A stretch of DNA of 63,257 bases, counting the filler, from an uncultured bacterium (lineage in GTDB: Bacteria; Latescibacterota; UBA2968), in NCBI GenBank assembly GCA_964471275.1. It is 3 parts of 3 records of this genome, joined end to end, with 100 filler letters (N's around TTAATTAATTAA, not from the genome) between each part and the next. Parts side by side here need not be neighbours in the genome. Positions count along the whole stretch, not along the records: positions 42,398 to 63,257 come from CAYYGZ010000059.1; 2 more parts are not named here. One strand, written 5' to 3'. Below, one piece after another: positions 59,225 to 63,257 of the stretch. The notes below the pieces were generated by a model. The model was not told where the DNA came from. It saw nothing but the letters and a program-made list of their open reading frames with translations, and searched no databases. A program made the translations under genes and the position numbers. The stretch's first letter is position 1; the number at the start of each line of letters is the position of its first letter.

Positions 59225-59821
59225 CTACTCCCCTTTCCAACTCCGATACAGACTGTGCGGCAGGTCAAAGAGATTCAGAATGCGGCCAGCGATAAAATCG
59301 GCAATATCTTCGAATGTTTCCGGTTTCTGATAGAATGCGGGGTTTGCAGGCAGTATCGTGGCCCCTGCTTCGGCAGCCGCGACCTGATTCCTCAGGTGGA
59401 TCAGATTCATAGGTGTCTCTCTCGGCACGATAACCAGTCGCCGATTCTCCTTCAGGGTCACATCGGCCGCACGCTCGATCAGATTACTCGAGAATCCGTT
59501 CGCGATGCCTGAAAGATACTTCATCGCGCACGGTACGATGATCATCCCACGGGACTGTACAGACCCGCTGGCAATCGGAGCAGCGAAGTCACCTGCCTGG
59601 TGCAGCCGTATCCGCCCGTTGCCATCATACCGCTTCTCGAGATGATTACAGAAATCGCCGCGCTTCCCGTCGAATCCGCCTTCGTCCCGCAGAAGCATCC
59701 AGCCTGTCTCCGACACGACCAGATCTACCGAGACATCCGTCATCATCAGACCGCGCAGCGTACGTAGGGCGTAGATCGCCCCGCTCGCTCCCGTGACGGC
59801 AAGTGTAATCCGGTCAGCCAT
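59225..59821 (-). CDS. ubiX: Flavin prenyltransferase UbiX
   Basis: AVTGASGAIY, APIASGS, NLIERAADVTLKE.R.L..VPRETP, PAFY. Confidence 0.93.
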   Translation of the reverse strand: MADRITLAVTGASGAIYALRTLRGLMMTDVSVDLVVSETGWMLLRDEGGFDGKRGDFCNHLEKRYDGNGRIRLHQAGDFAAPIASGSVQSRGMIIVPCAMKYLSGIANGFSSNLIERAADVTLKENRRLVIVPRETPMNLIHLRNQVAAAEAGATILPANPAFYQKPETFEDIADFIAGRILNLFDLPHSLYRSWKGE

Positions 59822-60695
59822 ACAACCTGACCGTCAGCACGTCCACAGCCGTAAACAGGAAATAGGCCACACTGATCGCTGCGTTAAGATTCATGAACGC
59901 AACTCCCGCCTTCGAAAGGTCATCTGCACGGACGAGGCGGTGCTCATAGATCAGGAGAAGACCAATCCCAACCACACCCCCGTGGTAGACCCATCCCAGA
60001 TCGAATACCTGGCCGACGAGAAGCATCGCTCCGAAGGCCACGACGTGCAGAATGCGGGAGACCCAGAGTGCACGGGCAATCCCGAATCGTTGAGGGATCG
60101 AGTAGGCGCCGAAACGCTGATCGAACTCCGTATCCTGGGTCGCGTAGATGATGTCGAATCCGGCAACCCACAACAGGACTGCCGCTCCTAGAACGAGGAT
60201 CTCGCTGTCCAGAGTTCCGGTCACGGCGATCCAGGCTCCGATCGGGGCGATCGATAGCGCCAGCCCGAGGAAGAACTGTGTCGCCCAGGTGAATCGCTTC
60301 GTGAGCGAATACAGAAACACGATCCCAAGTGCCACAGGTGACAGCACGAAGCACAGGGCATTTAGTTGGTAGGCGGCAAGAACCAGGATGCCCGATGACA
60401 GGGCGATAAAGGCAAGCACGGCCGAGGCGGATAACTGTCCCGTCGGCAGTTCGCGGGTTGCCGTTCGTGGATTCTCAGCGTCCATTTTCCGATCTGCCCA
60501 ACGGTTGAAGCCCATCGCCGCGCTGCGAGCGCCGACCATAGCGATGACAACCCACCCGATCGTACGCAGTGTGATGTCGGTGCGCAGAGACGCCAGAACA
60601 ACCCCGCTCAACGCGAAGGGCAGCGCGAAGATGCTGTGAGAGAACTTGATCATTCTCCCGTATGTCAGAATGCGCGCAAACAAGGGTCCGGTCAA
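59814..60695 (-). CDS. UbiA-family polyprenyltransferase (MqnP-like)
   Basis: MIKFSHSIFALPFA, ARSAAMGFNR..D..MD..NPRT..R.LP.G, WVAGFDIIYATQD; adjacent to ubiX as in futalosine-pathway loci. Confidence 0.88.
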   Translation of the reverse strand: MTGPLFARILTYGRMIKFSHSIFALPFALSGVVLASLRTDITLRTIGWVVIAMVGARSAAMGFNRWADRKMDAENPRTATRELPTGQLSASAVLAFIALSSGILVLAAYQLNALCFVLSPVALGIVFLYSLTKRFTWATQFFLGLALSIAPIGAWIAVTGTLDSEILVLGAAVLLWVAGFDIIYATQDTEFDQRFGAYSIPQRFGIARALWVSRILHVVAFGAMLLVGQVFDLGWVYHGGVVGIGLLLIYEHRLVRADDLSKAGVAFMNLNAAISVAYFLFTAVDVLTVRLYG

Positions 60696-60701
60696 TCAGG
60701 C

Positions 60702-61649
60702 TTAGCCGGTCTCCGGCATGAATGTTGGGATCACGACCCCGCTGAATACATCGAACTCTCCGCGGCACTGAGAGAAGTGAATCTCGCAATTTCGGCCTCC
60801 CCATCCGTATGCAGCCAGCAGGAGGTTTCTCTGAAGGGCAGGAACGATCAGGAGAACGGTCTTCCCACGATGCACATCGAGTTCGGCGGCCGCAAGACGG
60901 ATCGCGGCTTTCTCCGTCTTCATGACACCCGGCCCGGCGATTCGACTGCCTGGATGCGCGATTGAGGCGAGGACACCGTCTATCGATCCGTCGCCATCGC
61001 GGGACACGGAACAATGCCAGAATCCAGACACGTTGTCGATGAAGTAAACCCAGTCTTTAGTGCGTCGGATCCCGGAAACAGCTTCCTCCAGGGATACGAT
61101 CTCATCCAGATCGTCCAAAGTCGCGTCACGAACACGATCGTCCGTGTTCGATACCAGACCGGTGGCTGGTACGTCGATCAACATATCCTGGAAGGTCGCG
61201 TGCGGAACGAAACCTGCACGCGAATAGAGCGAAAAGGAATCGAGGTTCAGGGCACTCGAGATGAGCCGGGTCGGCTTCGCCTCCGCATCCGCACGGTTCG
61301 TTATGTTCTGCAGAAGTGAACGTGCGACACCCATCCCCGTGTAGCTGGGGTGGACATTCATGATCCCGAGTGAAAAATGGCTCTCGCGGGGATGGAAGAA
61401 GCAGGATCCCATCAACAGACCGGTATCGACATTCTCTGCCACGAGACAGCACCCGAAATCCAGTGATTCGTAGACCTCGCAGAACAGACGGGTTGTCTCT
61501 TCAGGTGATCCCTGAAAGATCCTGGCCATCCCGTGGGATGTGTAGTAGGCGTTCGTCGACACGTGGATCAGTTCGGCGACGGCCCCCCATTCATCCTCTC
61601 GCATTGATCGTAGAATCATCCGACCCGCTCTATGCTTTGCGCTGTGCAC
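60702..61649 (-). CDS. GNAT family N-acetyltransferase (tandem domain)
   Basis: VHPSYTGMGVARSL motif A, LYSRAGF, second RDATLDD domain. Confidence 0.8.
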   Translation of the reverse strand: MHSAKHRAGRMILRSMREDEWGAVAELIHVSTNAYYTSHGMARIFQGSPEETTRLFCEVYESLDFGCCLVAENVDTGLLMGSCFFHPRESHFSLGIMNVHPSYTGMGVARSLLQNITNRADAEAKPTRLISSALNLDSFSLYSRAGFVPHATFQDMLIDVPATGLVSNTDDRVRDATLDDLDEIVSLEEAVSGIRRTKDWVYFIDNVSGFWHCSVSRDGDGSIDGVLASIAHPGSRIAGPGVMKTEKAAIRLAAAELDVHRGKTVLLIVPALQRNLLLAAYGWGGRNCEIHFSQCRGEFDVFSGVVIPTFMPETG

Positions 61650-61657
61650 ACTCTCCC

Positions 61658-62512
61658 CTACTGCCTCACAAACTTCTGCAGGCGCGCGTCCGCCTGAACC
61701 TCTGACACATACAAATTACCCTTGCTGTCCAGCCAGAGCCCGTGCGGGCACTTTACAAACTCACCGGGTTTCGTGCTCTCCACCCCGCCACCCCACTCCG
61801 TCAGCTTCGTTCCCTCCAGCGTCCATATACTCACTCGCTGCTCGAGCTCCGCGACATAGACGGTTTCGTCGTCGATAAAGATCGTGTCGGGCTGGTGCAA
61901 TCCGTCCCATTCGTGTAGGTAGTTCCCATCCGTATCGAAGAACTGGATCCGGTTGTTCGTTCGGTCTGCTACCAGAAGCCGATCGTGCTTGTCGACACGG
62001 ACACAGTGCGGCAGATCAAATTGTCCCGGCCCCGTGCCGGGTGAGCCCCACGATTTGATCAGCTCTCCATCCGTCGTGTATTTGTGAACGCACGAGTTCC
62101 CATACCCATCCGTCAGATACATGTCACCCGATGAGTCGAAGGCAATGTCTGTCGGAAGGTTGAACGGAGACTCGTCCATCCCCGGTTGGTCGGGAGTACC
62201 CAGCGTCAATAGCAATTCTCCTTCGTTCGTGAACTTCCGCATACAGTGCGTCTCACGCTCAACGCAATAAACGTTGTCCTCTGCATCGATGTAGATCCCG
62301 TGAGCATCCTTCAGCACATCCTCTCCCCACGACGTGAAGAAATTCCCCTCGATATCGAATACGACCATCGGATGGTCACTCCTGCTGTAGACGTGTACGC
62401 GATCCTGGGAATCGACGGCGACAGCGGGGATCCAGCCAAAGGACCAGCCTTCCGGCAGTGTCCACCAGTTCTGCTCTACCTCGTAGACGTAGTCTCCGCT
62501 TCCGAATGCCAA
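61658..62512 (-). CDS. NHL-repeat protein (peptidyl-alpha-hydroxyglycine amidating lyase-like)
   Basis: VAVDSQDRV, AHGI, FNLPTDIA, DGYGNS, FDLPH, ADRTNNRIQ, PHGLWLDS.G..YV.E; TTG start after GAGGAGG. Confidence 0.88.
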   Translation of the reverse strand: MAFGSGDYVYEVEQNWWTLPEGWSFGWIPAVAVDSQDRVHVYSRSDHPMVVFDIEGNFFTSWGEDVLKDAHGIYIDAEDNVYCVERETHCMRKFTNEGELLLTLGTPDQPGMDESPFNLPTDIAFDSSGDMYLTDGYGNSCVHKYTTDGELIKSWGSPGTGPGQFDLPHCVRVDKHDRLLVADRTNNRIQFFDTDGNYLHEWDGLHQPDTIFIDDETVYVAELEQRVSIWTLEGTKLTEWGGGVESTKPGEFVKCPHGLWLDSKGNLYVSEVQADARLQKFVRQ

Positions 62513-62597
62513 GGAGCCTCCTCGGGTTTTTTGCTTCTTGCGTATCTCAAGTGCTCGCTCCGTTCGCGCGCACATATACGTTCAGGCAGTGGAGGAG

Positions 62598-62635
62598 AAA
62601 CAAGAAACCCCCGCTCCCTGGAAGGAGCAGGGGGT
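62598..62635 (-). terminator. Rho-independent terminator
   Basis: Minus strand ACCCCC-T-GCTCC-TTCCAG-GGAGC-GGGGGT followed by TTCTTGTTT, just after the 62660 stop. Confidence 0.7.
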
Positions 62636-62659
62636 GCGTACGATTTTGATCAGGGCCGA

Positions 62660-63204
62660 TTACGAATCGTCAGAGTCCTTCCCGGAAGACTTTGCCTGGG
62701 CAAGCGGGCTCGCATCGAGTGTTCCGTCCGCACTCATTTCGGCCAGTTTCTGCTGTACGGTCAAGATCAGCTGTTCGTTGTTGTTCTGCTTGTCCAGGTC
62801 GATCAGCTTCGTAATCGCCTTCATCACAAGCTTGAAATGGGAATCGCGTCTCGTGGTCAGGCCGCCCAGAGCCACCATTACGACCTTTTCGAGTGTCAAC
62901 TCGAGTTCCTTTTCCTTCTAATTCTCACGCTGTGCCGACGTGATCTGGATCTGCTCGAGGTTCTGCTTCAAGCTGGCGCAGCCCAGCGGGTCTTGAGTGA
63001 ACTGAGCTTATGCTTCGTCACCCCTTCGGCCTTGACGGCGATCAGATACTTCCGCCTGGAGGTATCTAAATCCTCGGTCAGTCCCTGAATCCGCTTGTTG
63101 TTGTTCCGGAACTGAATGTCCTGAGAACACGTCTCCAGCACCGTCGGCATCTTCACGATCACAAGTAGAGCCAGAAAGCTCAATACCAGAACACCCCGGA
63201 ACAC
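62660..63204 (-). pseudogene. Membrane-anchored coiled-coil protein, apparently disrupted (frameshift near 62985 and TAG near 62918)
   Basis: ORFs 62968..63204 and 62660..62899 are bridged by a coiled-coil reading (ASLKQNLEQIQITSAQREN*KEKELE) in the downstream frame. Confidence 0.45.
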
Positions 63205-63257
63205 GAAGGGCAGGCCTCTTGGTATCCGGTGCGGAATCCAGACGATGCGGCCGCATC

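Overview
About 60% GC bacterial assembly window made of three separate contigs joined by artificial N/TTAATTAATTAA linkers (1-21107, 21208-42297, 42398-63257), with two further scaffold gaps (2982-3081, 39680-39689). Gene content is typical of a sulfatase-rich heterotroph: four sulfatase-family genes, PL11-like and heparinase II/III-like lyases, sugar kinases and dehydrogenases, a DUF6785-type membrane protein, and DUF1800/DUF1501 with an EF-hand/dockerin-like tail. By inference this suggests a Latescibacterota/Handelsmanbacteria-like lineage. Housekeeping genes include smc, a flagellar flhA-flhF-flhG-fliA block, dinG (partial), an RSH protein and ubiX/mqnP-like genes. The top observation is that two otherwise intact genes are each split by one in-frame TGA lying exactly on the conserved functional cysteine. 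One is an AbgB-like M20 amidohydrolase (GHG-TGA-GHN, the metal-ligand Cys, with SECIS-like hairpins downstream); the other is a tandem-domain rhodanese (Y-TGA-QGGYRS, the catalytic Cys). Both are best read as selenoproteins that the ORF track truncates, and the M20 case would be a non-redox metallohydrolase with selenocysteine as a metal ligand. Also notable are heptamer-repeat inverted arrays, one pair enclosing a decayed four-helix-bundle gene, a putative glycosaminoglycan locus with an ARSK-like sulfatase, a Thr-nucleophile sulfatase-fold enzyme, a synthetase-degenerate RSH, and many pseudogenes. All family calls come from motif recognition by eye; no searches were run.
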